Source of the DNA: an uncultured Acidobacteriota bacterium
Lineage (GTDB): Bacteria; Acidobacteriota; Vicinamibacteria; Vicinamibacterales; CAVVIG01
Direction: 5' to 3'
Length of the DNA stretch: 64,000 nucleotides
Assembly (NCBI GenBank): GCA_963807925.1
Contig: CAWEDP010000002.1
Coordinates: forward strand, 3,249,080 to 3,313,079
The notes beneath the pieces were generated by a model. That model saw nothing but the letters and a program-made list of their open reading frames with translations. It searched no databases and was not told where the DNA came from. This document shows positions 38,049 to 48,297 of the stretch, one piece after another. Position 1 is the stretch's first letter. The number at the start of each line of letters is the position of its first letter. Made by a program: the position numbers and the translations under genes.

Positions 38049-38067
38049 TATACCCAGGTAGGCTATA
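38049..38067. promoter_or_regulatory. candidate operator: pseudo-palindrome TATACCC-AGGTA-GGCTATA upstream of the repressor gene
   Basis: AT-rich arms around a GC core, 9-27 nt upstream of the ATG. Reminiscent of CsoR/RcnR-type operators but not a consensus match. Confidence 0.3.
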
Positions 38068-38128
38068 TATCGCGAGTGATGGGGTGATGGCTCGGGATGG
38101 AGCCTGCACTGCCGGTCAGAAAAGCGCG

Positions 38129-40811
38129 CTAGAACGGAACGGACACTTGGAGTTGAACGGCTCTTGGGGTGACGAAGTGCGTACCCGAGAAGGTCGACAG
38201 GAAGTTGTAGAGGGCAACGGTGTCGAGGAGATTGATAATCGTCAGGCGAAGGCGGAGGGGCACGCGTCCGATCGTTAGTTTGTCCAGTCCAACCGCTACG
38301 TCGAACAGATGATGCGGAACGATGCGCGGCGGATTCGTGTCGTCGTTTTCCGTGCCTGGCGCGGGAATGTTGATGCGGGTGGCACCGAAATTCTCCGACG
38401 CACAGCTTCGCAGCGGCTGGCTTCGTGTGGCGACCAGGTCGCCACAGTACAACCCCATCTGGGCTTGCTCATCGCCCGTCAGATGCAAGGCCGTGGCATA
38501 CGTCGGGACGGCGACGGCGACCAGCCCGCTGTCGTACCGCCACGTCAGGCCGGCCCAGAACCCGAGCTTTCCGACGGATCGATATTCAAGGTGCGTGTTC
38601 TGTTGGAAGGGTTCGTCGTGATCAGGCCGCGCGACCGGCGCGTAGTCCGCGCTGAACCTGAGCCCGCCAAGTTCAGGCCCGAACAGCCGTGAGCGCGTGT
38701 GCGACAACGTCGTGTACAGCTGCCAGCCGTGGGACTCCGGTAGCGCAATCCGCACGAGTCCGCCATCCTGCTTGGACTGACGGAACTGTACGGGAAACGC
38801 CAACGGCGTGTTCAGAATGATGTCGAAATCGTACGCGCCCTGGGTGAATTTCCAGAAGTACTCCGCGTCGATCCGAATGCCCCGCCACATGTTTTGCTGG
38901 AGGCCGACATCGGTACTGATTGCGGCGGCCGGGCGTGAGTGGCGCCCCGCCCACACTTCCAAGTAACCCCCCGCCAAATCCCCCGCTTCCGGTCGAACTC
39001 GCGAGCACCAGGTTCTCGTTATACGGCGTCAGAAAGATGCGGCCGTACGATACGCGCAGAATCGTGTCACTTCGATCGAGTCGGTAGGCCGCTCCGAGTC
39101 GAGGCTGCACGCCCGTCGCTCGACTCAACCCGTCATAGATGTCGAGCCGGAGGCCTCCGGTCAGATCCCAGTGGTTAATCTTCCAGGAGTCCTGCAGATA
39201 CGTCGCCCATTGCGTGATGCGCCCGGTCCCGTCGAAGTTGAAGAGGGCTCCACCGCGCGTCAGATCGTACGGGAGCAGACTAGGAAGAAACCCGTCATTG
39301 ACGACCAGCCCGCGTCCGCCGCACTGCGACGGATCGCGAAGCGATGTGTCGCCAGACGGATCGCCTCCCGCCGTGAAACAGGGCGTGTTGAACGCGGGAT
39401 CGGTCAGACCGGTCTGAAATTGCTCCGCGAGCCATGTCGTCGTTTCTTGAAGACCGGCCTTGAACGTCTGGGCGCCCGCGGCATATGACAGCGTCGCCTT
39501 CGCGCCGGCGTTGGTGAGCGTCCTGCGTTGCGAGAGCACAGCCGGTTGATCGTCGAAGGGGTTCGCGCTGCCGTCATATTGGACGGCGTCGCGGCGGAAC
39601 CACCCGTTGAACTCCACGACGGCGCGCGATCCGAGCGTTCGCGTGAGCGAAGGCGCTAGGTTAAAACTGTGCTGGTGCTGCTGTTGGTCTTGCCCCGCGT
39701 CCTGCTGGTCGAACGTGTTCGGCGCTTGGAAGACGGAACGGGCCACAGACACATTCAGTTGAAGGCTCGTCGTCGCGGACAGACGAGCGTCGAACCGGTC
39801 AAAGAGGTTGAACAGGTTCCCGTGCGCGTGAAGCGGCGCGACCTCCGGCGTGTCCAGGAATCGGCGGCTCGTCAATCCGTCGATGGCGACGAAATTCCCG
39901 ACGCGCTGCGAGCCGGCACCAAGCGCGAGCGAGGCGGTCGGCGTCGTGAACGATCCATACCCAAAGGACACGGACCCGGTTGGCCGGTGAACGCCCAATC
40001 CTGAGCGCGTCGTCGCTTTGACGATCAGGCTCGTCTTGTCCCCGAATTCCGCTGGAGGCACACCGGTCATCACGTCGAGCGACTGAATCGCGTTCTGCGA
40101 CAGCTGATTCGAAAACGTGCGGCTTTGCTGGTCGGTGATCGGCTGGTTGTCCACGCTAAAGGACGTCTCGGCATGTTCGCCGAGCGGGTGAAAGCCGCCA
40201 TTGGAGTCGGCCGCGACGCCAGGCGTCGTCAGCGTGACGAGGGAGCTCAGCCCAGCGCTCACGCTCTCGCTGGGGAGCGTCTCTATCAAGCGGCGGTTGA
40301 CGTCCGTCTGCATGGTCGCCGTGGCCGGCAGGTCGATGCCGGTCGCTTGAACAGAGACCTCCTCCTGCAAACCGGACACCCCGAGGATCACAATCAGCGG
40401 CCGAGACAAGGCCGCGTCGACCGTCAGCGTCTGATCAAACGATGCGAAGCCTGGGAACATCACCCGGAGCCGATAGAGACCGACGCTGACGTTCGGAAAG
40501 ACGAATGTCCCATCGGCGGCAGACACCGTCGGACGCGTAGACGTCGACTCACCCGCAGGTGACAGTTCCACCGTCGCTCCTGGGAGCACGAGGCCGGTGG
40601 TGTCGCGCACGGTTCCCGTCACCGACACGCTCGATGCGCGCCCTTGAGCCGCGGCAACACAGGGTGCGTTGACGATCGACCATCCCAGGATAGCGGCACA
40701 GATCGTAAGGGAGCTGACTCGCGTGGAAGCCAACGTCCACGGCCGGAGCGTATTTTGATTACTCAAAGACGTAGTATATGCTAATCGAATATAAGATTGC
40801 TGATAAATCAA
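38129..40811 (-). pseudogene. TonB-dependent receptor with carboxypeptidase-regulatory-like domain, one frameshift; true start probably TTG ~40733
   Basis: CarboxypepD_reg (GTVRDTTGLVLPGATVEL..GLYRLRVMFPGF). ORF 38673-40811 continues in ORF 38129-38977, ending ..RAVQLQVSVPF. 1-nt shift at ~38915 (RRNQY|DVGLQQNMW). The signal peptide fits (M)ASTRVSSLTICAAILGWSIVNAPCVAAAQG. Confidence 0.75.
40750..40789 (-). promoter_or_regulatory. Conserved upstream module (second copy), between the receptor gene and the divergent DtxR-family gene
   Basis: GTATTTTGATTACTCAAAGACGTAGTATATGCTAATCGAA aligns to 12915-12954 and contains TTTGA-TTAC-TCAAA. Confidence 0.4.
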
Positions 40812-40834
40812 ACTCTGCTACACTGCAGCACGAG

Positions 40835-41590
40835 ATGCTTCCGTCAAGCACGGTCGAGAACTATCTGAAAACGATTTACTTGGGGTCCACGGCACCCGGC
40901 TCGAGTCGCGGTCTGCTGCCGATGGGGCGGCTTGCCGCAGGCGTCGCCGTGACTCCCGGCACCGCGACAACGATGGTCAAGGCCCTCGCGGAATCGGGTC
41001 TCGTCAAATACGAGCCGTACTCGGGCGTCGCGCTGACGCGCGCGGGCGAAAAACTGGCTGCGCTGGTTCTCCGGCGTCATCGCTTGGTGGAGCTCTTCCT
41101 CGTGCAGGTCATGGGACTACATTGGGACGAAGTCCATGACGAGGCGGAACTCCTTGAGCACGTCGTTTCCGACCGACTCATCGATCGCATGGACGAAATG
41201 CTGGGCCGACCGGAGGCAGACCCACACGGCGATCCCATTCCCACTGCCGACGGGGTGATCAAGCCGCAGGATGCACGGACGCTGCTGACGTGCCCGCTTC
41301 ACGAGCAGGTCACCATCACTCGCGTGATCGATCAGGACAAGATGTTTCTGAGGTTCATCGCGTGCAACAACCTGAAGCCGGGTGAATTGATCGAGGTGGA
41401 GGAGCGCGACGCCGCCGCCGACAGCGTGCGGGTCCGCGGCCAAGATGAGCGGCACATCACCATCGGCACGCGTGCCGCGTCCAAAGTGTTGGTGAAAGTC
41501 GCGCGCGCCGATCGATCGCGACGACGAAGCGGACGATCAGTGCCACCACCCCGGATGCCTCCGGAGACGATCCACACGTCGAGGGTGTGA
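40835..41590 (+). CDS. DtxR/MntR/IdeR-family metal-dependent transcriptional regulator
   Basis: ATG at 40835. ENYLKTIY, wHTH, the metal-site region RHRLVELFLVQVMGLHWDEVHDEAELLEHVVS, and an SH3/FeoA-like C-terminus. Confidence 0.85.
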   Translation: MLPSSTVENYLKTIYLGSTAPGSSRGLLPMGRLAAGVAVTPGTATTMVKALAESGLVKYEPYSGVALTRAGEKLAALVLRRHRLVELFLVQVMGLHWDEVHDEAELLEHVVSDRLIDRMDEMLGRPEADPHGDPIPTADGVIKPQDARTLLTCPLHEQVTITRVIDQDKMFLRFIACNNLKPGELIEVEERDAAADSVRVRGQDERHITIGTRAASKVLVKVARADRSRRRSGRSVPPPRMPPETIHTSRV

Positions 41591-41787
41591 ACCGGGCACC
41601 GGCCCCGAGATGACACTCCAGCAGGTCCCTCGGCTTGGAATCAGAAAGGGTCGAGCCGCTGGTTCGCTCAACGTCGGTCCCGTCTCCACACCCTACCGTG
41701 CGATAGCACGTGCCATCCTAAGTAGTTGCGACCGAAGGCGCTTGCTGGTCGGTGTGGCCGAGCATAGACTCTCGCCAGGGGCACGTC

Positions 41788-41935
41788 GTGGCAGACGCTC
41801 AGAAATGCGCGCATCCGTCGTGCAACTGCACGGTGACGAAGGCGGGGAATACGGCAAGTGCTGTAACGAGCACGGCAAGGAAAACGCCGGCAGACCGAGC
41901 TGCCGTGCGAATGCCGGCACCCGGCGTCCAAGTAA
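41788..41935 (+). pseudogene. possible small Cys/His-rich metal-binding protein gene broken across three frames
   Basis: Frame 1 gives DAQKCAHPSCNCTVTKAG, frame 2 gives EYGKCCNEHGKENAG and frame 3 gives ELPCECRHPASK*. The pieces are consecutive and non-overlapping. Confidence 0.3.
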
Positions 41936-42289
41936 CTCCCGGCTGAAGCTTCGCGCTCCGCTTGGCGCCGTTCGCAAGCCTCAAGCCTGCGCCACGCACG
42001 ATCGCGTCCCATCCCGCAGTTCTGAAGACCTGCGCCACTCACGACCAGGGCACTGCGGTCGCGTCAATCGTGAAGACCACAATGGGAGAAGGAACATGAA
42101 GGGCAACGAGAAACTGCTGGCCGTACTCAATCAACTCCTGGCCGACGAACTCACGGCTATTAGTCAGTACATGGTGCACTCCGAGATGTGCGACAGCTGG
42201 GGCTATGACAAGCTGCATAAGGCCATCGAGAGCCAGGCGAAGGACGAGATGCATCATGCCGAGTGGCTGATCCGCCGCATCATTTTTCT

Positions 42290-43736
42290 CGGTCTTCACC
42301 GATTTGAGTACAGCCTCTGGGGGCTGAGAAAACGAGCCAGATCGCGAGCGGACCGGATCGGGTGAGCGGTGGCCCACTTCAATTTCAAGAGGAGCATCGC
42401 GTCATCGCGCATGCCTCGCGCGCGTCGGAGGACGGCCTTGATCGTGGTGTTCAACGACTCGACGACTCCGAACCGAACGGGATGGTCGCAGTACGCGGCG
42501 ATGCCATCGATGTGCGCGACTAACGTGTCACCCAGTTTCTCCATCTCCGGGAGCCGCTGCCAGCGCAAGGCCTCGAGCCATCCCCACAGAAAGTTGGCGA
42601 CGCCATCGCGGGTCTTATAGGTCCACAGGTGATCGAGCTCTTCGCGCAACACATAGGCTTTGAACAGGCGCCGATTGACGGCAAAGAGCGCACGCAGTTC
42701 TTGGCGCTTCGAGCCGCGGACCGTCTTCCACCGTCTGAGCAACAGCCACCGCTTGCCGCGACCGAATGCCCGCATCACGGCACCCGCGCGAAAGAACTCC
42801 TGGCGTCGCACGTCGTCGAGCGCGGCCGAGGCGTGCTGCAGCACATGAAACTTGTCGTACACGATCGCCGCGGTCGGCAGCTGCTGGGCCACGGCGTTGG
42901 CGTACGGCCGATGCATGTCCGTACAGACGGCGTCGACCGCGGCGCGCTGCCGGGCATCGAGACACGTGGTCAGCAGGCCGGCCAAGCTCGCCTCCGTCCG
43001 ATCTTTCGCCACGCCGATCACCTCGCCGTGCACCAAGTCCGAGAGCACCGTGTAGAACTTCTGCGCCTTGCCGCGGTGAATTTCGTCGGCGCCGAGATAT
43101 CGAGGACGGCGTCGCGGACGCTGCCCGTCCCAGTCGCGCAGGAACGCGTGCTCCGCTCGACGGGCTTTTCCCCAACTGACGCCGTGGCGGATCGCGGCAT
43201 GCGACGTCGGCATCGACTGACAGTCCACCCCGATCTGTTGCCGCAAGCGCCGCGTGACCCGCGCCTTCGAATCGGCGAACTCGATGGCTTCGGTGCGAAT
43301 GCCGCAGTGGCGACACCGGACGCGTCGCTGCACATACACGAGGGTGACGGGATGCGACGCCCACGGGACATCGTCCCACGTGCGCTCGCGCGCCGATCGT
43401 ACGCGACTCGTGCGGCGCCCACAGCCACTGCATCCGTAGCGCCGGACCCCGCGGCGCTCGATTCGAATCCTCAACCGGCTGTCGACCGCGTCGCTATCAC
43501 TCTCCGTCGCCACCACCCGAAACCCCGGCAAGCCCAGAATCCACGTACAATCGCGCCGCGATCCCACCGGTCCTCCCTTGTTGTTTGCACATCAAGAGAA
43601 GATGACACCGGATGGTCCGGTGCACGTGGGATCGCCTTGATCGACCAGGCCGCCGAGCAGACCGCCCACCCAACAGCGGTCCGCGCAGGCGGCCGGGTAT
43701 TACCTCAAATCGCTGTACTCAAATCGACGAAGAGCC
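42290..43736 (-). mobile_element. ISL3-family insertion sequence, copy A
   Basis: 25-bp IRs CGGTCTTCACCGATTTGAGTACAGC / GGCTCTTCGTCGATTTGAGTACAGC (reverse complement of the right end). 8-bp target duplication ATTTTTCT (42282-42289 / 43737-43744). Confidence 0.85.
42296..43567 (-). CDS. ISL3-family transposase
   Basis: 423 aa. Zinc-finger CSGCGRRTSRVRSARERTWDDV. DEIHRGKAQKFYTVLSD. The stop lies inside the terminal IR. Confidence 0.9.
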   Translation of the reverse strand: MGSRRDCTWILGLPGFRVVATESDSDAVDSRLRIRIERRGVRRYGCSGCGRRTSRVRSARERTWDDVPWASHPVTLVYVQRRVRCRHCGIRTEAIEFADSKARVTRRLRQQIGVDCQSMPTSHAAIRHGVSWGKARRAEHAFLRDWDGQRPRRRPRYLGADEIHRGKAQKFYTVLSDLVHGEVIGVAKDRTEASLAGLLTTCLDARQRAAVDAVCTDMHRPYANAVAQQLPTAAIVYDKFHVLQHASAALDDVRRQEFFRAGAVMRAFGRGKRWLLLRRWKTVRGSKRQELRALFAVNRRLFKAYVLREELDHLWTYKTRDGVANFLWGWLEALRWQRLPEMEKLGDTLVAHIDGIAAYCDHPVRFGVVESLNTTIKAVLRRARGMRDDAMLLLKLKWATAHPIRSARDLARFLSPQRLYSNR

Positions 43737-44038
43737 ATTTTTCTAGAGGGAACGCCGGTCATTTCCACACTGAATCCCATCAAGATCGGCCAGACCGTCT
43801 TGGATATCGTGGGCAACGACCAGGAGGCCGAGCTCGCAGCAGTCCGCGCCTACAATCAGGCCATCGGCCTCGCGCGCGAAACCGCCGACCAAGCCACGGC
43901 AGACCTGCTACTTCAGATTCTGAAGATGGAGGAAGGCCATGCAGATTGGGCCGAGATGCAGCGAGCTCAGATTGAGCAGATGGGCCTGCAGAACTACTTG
44001 GCGAACCAGACCGCAGGCGCTGCAAGCTAGATACGTGT

Positions 44039-44905
44039 ATGCCCAAGCTCCAACCCATTCTGTTTCCTTACGACTTCTCCAGCCAAGGTCGCCAGACTGT
44101 GCCATTTGTCCGAGCGCTCGCGAAGTCCTTCGACGCCAGCGTGACTGTAATCAGCGTGGTTCCGCCCATCTTCGAGTCGGTGCCAGCGGGTATGGGCCCG
44201 CGGCTCCGAATCGGCGACGACGCGGCTGAATGGAGGCGGGCTCTCCAGTCCCGGCTGGATCAGGCCTTGATCGAAGAATTCACAGGCCTCCGCGTTGAGC
44301 GCGTCGCCGACGGCGGCGATCCCGCATTGCGGATCACAGACTTCGCGCACAGCCACAGTGTGGACCTAATCATGATGCCGACGCATGGGCTCGGTTTGTT
44401 CCGCAGTTTGTTGGTCGCTTCAGAAACGTCGAAGGTGTTGCACGATGCGAAGTGCCCGGTATGGACGGCCGCTCACGCCGAGACCCAGAGGGCACCGGAG
44501 CTCCCGCGAACCATCCTGTGCGCGGTCGACCAAACGCCGCAGACGACAGACTTGGCGTAGTGGGGCGCCGAATTCAGCGCGCACATAGGCGCGCGATTCA
44601 GCCTGCTGCACATCGTTGGCCCGATCAGCGACTGGCCGTCGCTCGAGAGGGAGCGGCGTCTGCAAGACCACGTGCGCGAGGAGGCGCGCGACACGATATT
44701 GTCGACGCTGAAGTCCGCCGGTGTCGAAGCGCCCCTGCGTGTCGTCGTCGGTGAAATCGTGCCCACGGCGACGGAAGAAGCACGGCAAGGGAACGCCGAC
44801 CTGCTGATCATCGGGCGTGGGTCCGTGTCTGAGCCATTCGGCCGTCTCCGCACCCACACGTTCGGGATCATCCAGCGCTCGCCGTGCCCCGTGCTCAGCG
44901 TGTAG
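44039..44905 (+). pseudogene. tandem universal stress protein (UspA-family) with an in-frame amber stop
   Basis: ORFs 44039-44560 and 44672-44905 are in the same frame. TAG at 44558-44560 (QTTDLA*WGAEFSAHIGARFSLLHIV). Second domain ends ..ADLLIIGRGS..RSPCPVLSV. Confidence 0.75.
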
Positions 44906-44912
44906 GTTGGAC

Positions 44913-45707
44913 GTGAGTGTGCCGATCACTGAGACCGCGCCAGCGACTCGATCGGTCGTGCGAACGGAAGGCCTGACGCTCGGCTATCGCCACCGCACGC
45001 TCGTGCAGGATCTATCGTTTGAGATCCGCTCCGGAGAGATTCTCGGCATCGTCGGGCCGAATGGCTGCGGCAAGACGACCTTGCTGCGGACGATTCTGGG
45101 GCTGATGAAGCCCATTCACGGCCGCATCGAACGCGACCCCGCACTGGTCGTCAGCTACGTCCCGCAACGCGACCGACTCGACACGATGCTCCCGATCACC
45201 GCCTTCGAAGTGGCGCTGATGGGACGCGCGGCGCGATCCGGTGCGCTCCAACGCCCACGCGGGACGGATCGCGACGCGACCAGGCACGCGCTGGCTCGCG
45301 TCGGCGTCGAAGCGCTCAGTCCGCACCTGTTTCGCACCCTGTCCGGTCGCCAACAACAGCGTGTGCTTCTCGCCAGGGCGCTCGCGGCCGAGCCCGACGT
45401 GCTCGTCCTGGACGAACCGACGGCTGGCATGGACGTCGCGGGCGAGGCGGCCGTCATCGAGTTTCTGCGCGGCCTGAATCGCGCACACGGCGTGACAATC
45501 TTGATCGTCACGCATCTCCTCTCCCTTGTTCTCAACTTCGCCACGTCAATGATGTTGATGGGCAATGGCGCGATCCTGCATGGCGCCGTGGACGATGTGC
45601 TCCAGGAAGATCGGCTGAGCGAGCTGTACGGCGTCCCGATCCATCTAGGTCGTCTGGGCGGCCAGCGAACGCTCGTGGTCGTCAACCCAGGCACCCTTGA
45701 TGTTTGA
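44913..45707 (+). CDS. metal (Mn/Zn-type) ABC transporter ATP-binding protein
   Basis: GTG start at 44913. Walker A GPNGCGKTT, signature LSGRQQQR and Walker B VLVLDEPT. Followed by an ABC-3 permease. Confidence 0.8.
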   Translation: MSVPITETAPATRSVVRTEGLTLGYRHRTLVQDLSFEIRSGEILGIVGPNGCGKTTLLRTILGLMKPIHGRIERDPALVVSYVPQRDRLDTMLPITAFEVALMGRAARSGALQRPRGTDRDATRHALARVGVEALSPHLFRTLSGRQQQRVLLARALAAEPDVLVLDEPTAGMDVAGEAAVIEFLRGLNRAHGVTILIVTHLLSLVLNFATSMMLMGNGAILHGAVDDVLQEDRLSELYGVPIHLGRLGGQRTLVVVNPGTLDV

Positions 45708-46494
45708 GAGCTCGTTCATGCGCGTCGCGCTCGTCGCATCCATCGCGACGAGCGCGCCGCTCAGCGTAATTGGCGTCTATCTGATTATCCGGCGCGTCGT
45801 CTTTCTGGGATTGGTCCTGGCCAACGCGGCCACGGTTGGAGCCGCTGTTGCGCAGACTGTTGGATGGCCCCCAGAAATCGCTTCGGTCGCGGCGGCCGTT
45901 GCGGCCGCATTGGGGTTAGGTCTCATGTCCACACCGCGTCGCGCCTCGTCCGAAGCCATTATCGGGTGGGCCTACGCGGCGGCCTCATCAGCCACGGTGC
46001 TGATCTTGGCGGGCACGGCGGCGGCCGATGCGGACACGCTGCACTTGCTGTACGGCAACGTGCTCGCAGTCAGCCCGAGCCATGACACGGCGCTTATCCT
46101 CGTCGCGCTCGCCATCGGGATCGTGCATGCGATCTTCGGGCGGCGATTCCTGCTCGTCACCTTCGACGCTGAAGCCGCGCAGGTGGCCGGCGTGCACACG
46201 CGCCTCTGGGCGCTCGGCCTGAATCTCTCCATCGGCGTGGCCGCTGCCGCCGCCGTCCACGAAATCGGCGCCCTACTCACGTTTTCGCTGCTGACACTGG
46301 CCCCCACGGCGTCGCTCCTGATCACGCGACGCATCGCCACGACGTTTGCGGTATCAGCCGCGATCGGCATGACGGCGGTGTGTGGGGGGCTCGTGGCGGC
46401 CTTCCAGCTGGACTTGCCGCCGGGTCCCGTCTCGGTGGCCGCGCTGGCCCTCACCGTTCCGGCCGCGGCGCTCTTCAGCCGGTGGCAAGGGTGA
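45697..46494 (+). CDS. metal ABC transporter permease (ABC-3 family, ZnuB/MntC-like)
   Basis: 265 aa, polytopic, overlapping the ATPase gene by 11 nt. No solute-binding-protein gene is adjacent. Confidence 0.8.
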   Translation: MMFESSFMRVALVASIATSAPLSVIGVYLIIRRVVFLGLVLANAATVGAAVAQTVGWPPEIASVAAAVAAALGLGLMSTPRRASSEAIIGWAYAAASSATVLILAGTAAADADTLHLLYGNVLAVSPSHDTALILVALAIGIVHAIFGRRFLLVTFDAEAAQVAGVHTRLWALGLNLSIGVAAAAAVHEIGALLTFSLLTLAPTASLLITRRIATTFAVSAAIGMTAVCGGLVAAFQLDLPPGPVSVAALALTVPAAALFSRWQG

Positions 46495-46509
46495 TCATCA
46501 GGGGTGGAT

Positions 46510-46967
46510 TCAGATCCACGGCCTCACTCTCTGGCAGTACTCCCGGAACTGGTCGCCGAATCTCTCCTGGAGCATCTCTTCCTCGCGCGTGATGAAGACT
46601 TCTGCAGTAGGAGAGGAAACACGAAGACAGCCAGCCATGGTGATGCCGATCGCAGCAACATGGCTATCCCGCCAAGAGCCAACGTCATTCCCAGGTACAT
46701 CGGATTCCTGCTGATACCGAACACGCCCCGCGTCATGAGTTCTGTCGAGATCTCGAATGGCTTGACTGTGGTTCGGTGCCGCTTGAACGATCGGTCGGCG
46801 AGGATATTCAGGGCGAGTCCAGTTAGTAGTGGCGCGAGGCCTGCCAGCGACCAAGGGAACGAGACAACGGTGGTCAAGGGCAAAACGATGTGAAGAACAA
46901 TCATTAGTAGAATGGCCATGAGAAGGTATGTAGGTGGCAGGATGCGATTCATGTCACACGAGTCCAC
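46510..46967 (-). pseudogene. isoprenylcysteine carboxyl / phospholipid methyltransferase-family membrane protein, one frameshift
   Basis: RGVFGISRNPMYLGMTLALGG (ORF 46524-46967). The conserved C-terminus TAEVFITREEEMLQERFGDQFREYCQRVRPWI is in the frame of ORF 46510-46854. Shift at ~46630. Confidence 0.65.
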
Positions 46968-47299
46968 GTTCGGAGGCGGCTGTCATGGATGTCTCAAGCC
47001 TCGGCTCATGACTCTTGCCGTGGCGCACGGCGCGGACGCGTTGAGGAGAAAACGCGGTTGGAAGTCGCAAGGTCGAACGATCTCCATGACGTCGAGCTCG
47101 ATGCCATCGGCGAGCGCCTACCCACCTCTTCTGCCGTGAGATGTCGCATCCGCGCTCTGGCCCGAGGCAGTCGCTGTTCACTACCAGGATTGTGCCCCTA
47201 ATAGGGCGTGTCGACGGTCCCGAAGATCCCAACCGTTATGCGAATCCCGCCTCCGGCAAGCTCTCATGGCTCGTCTCTCTGGATCGAAGGACGGGCCTT

Positions 47300-48047
47300 T
47301 CACACCAGGTGGGTTTTGAAGAACGCCACGATGCGCCGGCGCGCATCGCGGGCCGAAGGTTCGTGATAGGCACTCCTAGTCAACGCGCCGAGAACCTTGA
47401 AGACGACGGGGACGCGATCGCCGGCGCCCTCGTGGTCGTTCATGAATGCGTGGCCGGCGTCCGGATACTCTTTGACGTCGTGCGGGACACCCGCCGCGGT
47501 GAGCACCTGCTCGAGCCGCGCAGCGTTACCGCGGTTCCCCCAATCCTTGGCCCCATAGCTCGCGACGATGGGACAAGAGCGCCCAAGGTAGCCCTCGGTG
47601 TAGACATCTTTCGGCACGGTACCGTAGTTCACGCTTGACGCCGCATAGCCGTGACCCGGCGCGAGCAGCAACGCGAACCCGCCGCCCATGCAAAAGCCGA
47701 TGATGCCGACGTGGCTGAGTACACCTCGGCTCGTGCACAAGCCATGTGCGGGCCGCGTCAATCTCGTCGAACGATCGCCCCCGTCGCTCTCGCACATCGC
47801 GCATGATCTGACGAATGCACGTCAGCATCGTGCCCCAGTGGTACAGGTTTGGCGCCGCGGCGAGAAAGCCTTCGCTTGCGAGCCAATCGGCCTGACGACG
47901 AAGATCGTTACTCATTCCGCCCGCGTCGAGAACCACCACGACGCCGGGGAACCGGCCATCCTCCGTGGGCGCGGCACAGTGAGATCGGAAGATCGCCGTA
48001 AGGGCTTGGAATCGCGAGCTCGGACATCTCACCTCCGCAGGGTCCAT
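47300..48047 (-). pseudogene. dienelactone hydrolase-family protein, one frameshift
   Basis: FPGVVVVLDAGGMSNDLRRQADWLASEGF (ORF 47526-48185) continues as [22 protein letters not shown]...[11 protein letters not shown] (ORF 47300-47797). Shift at ~47750. Confidence 0.7.
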
Positions 48048-48297
48048 ACGAGGAGCCCGCGACTCGTCGTAGCGGAGCACACGGGCTGTCTTCCCTTTCC
48101 GCATGGATCGAGAGCGGTCAAGCGATCCGGCTCTGCACTTGTGTTGGAACGGCCCTCTTCCACGGCAAGGTGGAGAGCAACTCACCTGTCGCCCAGGTTA
48201 CGCTGAAGATCAGGACCAGCGGCACGCGACCGCGCAGGGAATACTGTGCCTCGTCAGCATGCCGCTCGAACGCGACGGGCGCCCGAACCTACATCCA

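Larger units (their letters stand above)
42096..44030 (+). pseudogene. bfr: bacterioferritin interrupted by an ISL3-family element
   Basis: The N-terminal part MKGNEKLLAVLNQLLADELTAISQYMVHSEM..DEMHHAEWLIRRIIFL stops at 42289. The C-terminal part EGTPVISTLNPIKIGQ..MEEGHADWAEMQRAQIEQMGLQNYLANQ resumes at 43745 (the 8-nt target duplication 43737-43744 repeats the IFL codons). RBS GGGAGAAGG. Confidence 0.85.

Noticed and set aside
38049-38067. A firm RcnR/CsoR operator call
   Set aside because: It is only a 6-of-7 pseudo-palindrome and does not match the TACT-G6-N-AGTA type site I recall for RcnR. It is listed as a low-confidence candidate only.
41610-42365. 251-aa ORF as an intact gene
   Set aside because: It is a chimera: non-coding or Cys-rich remnant sequence, then the genuine bfr N-terminus (from 42096), then read-through into the ISL3 left end.
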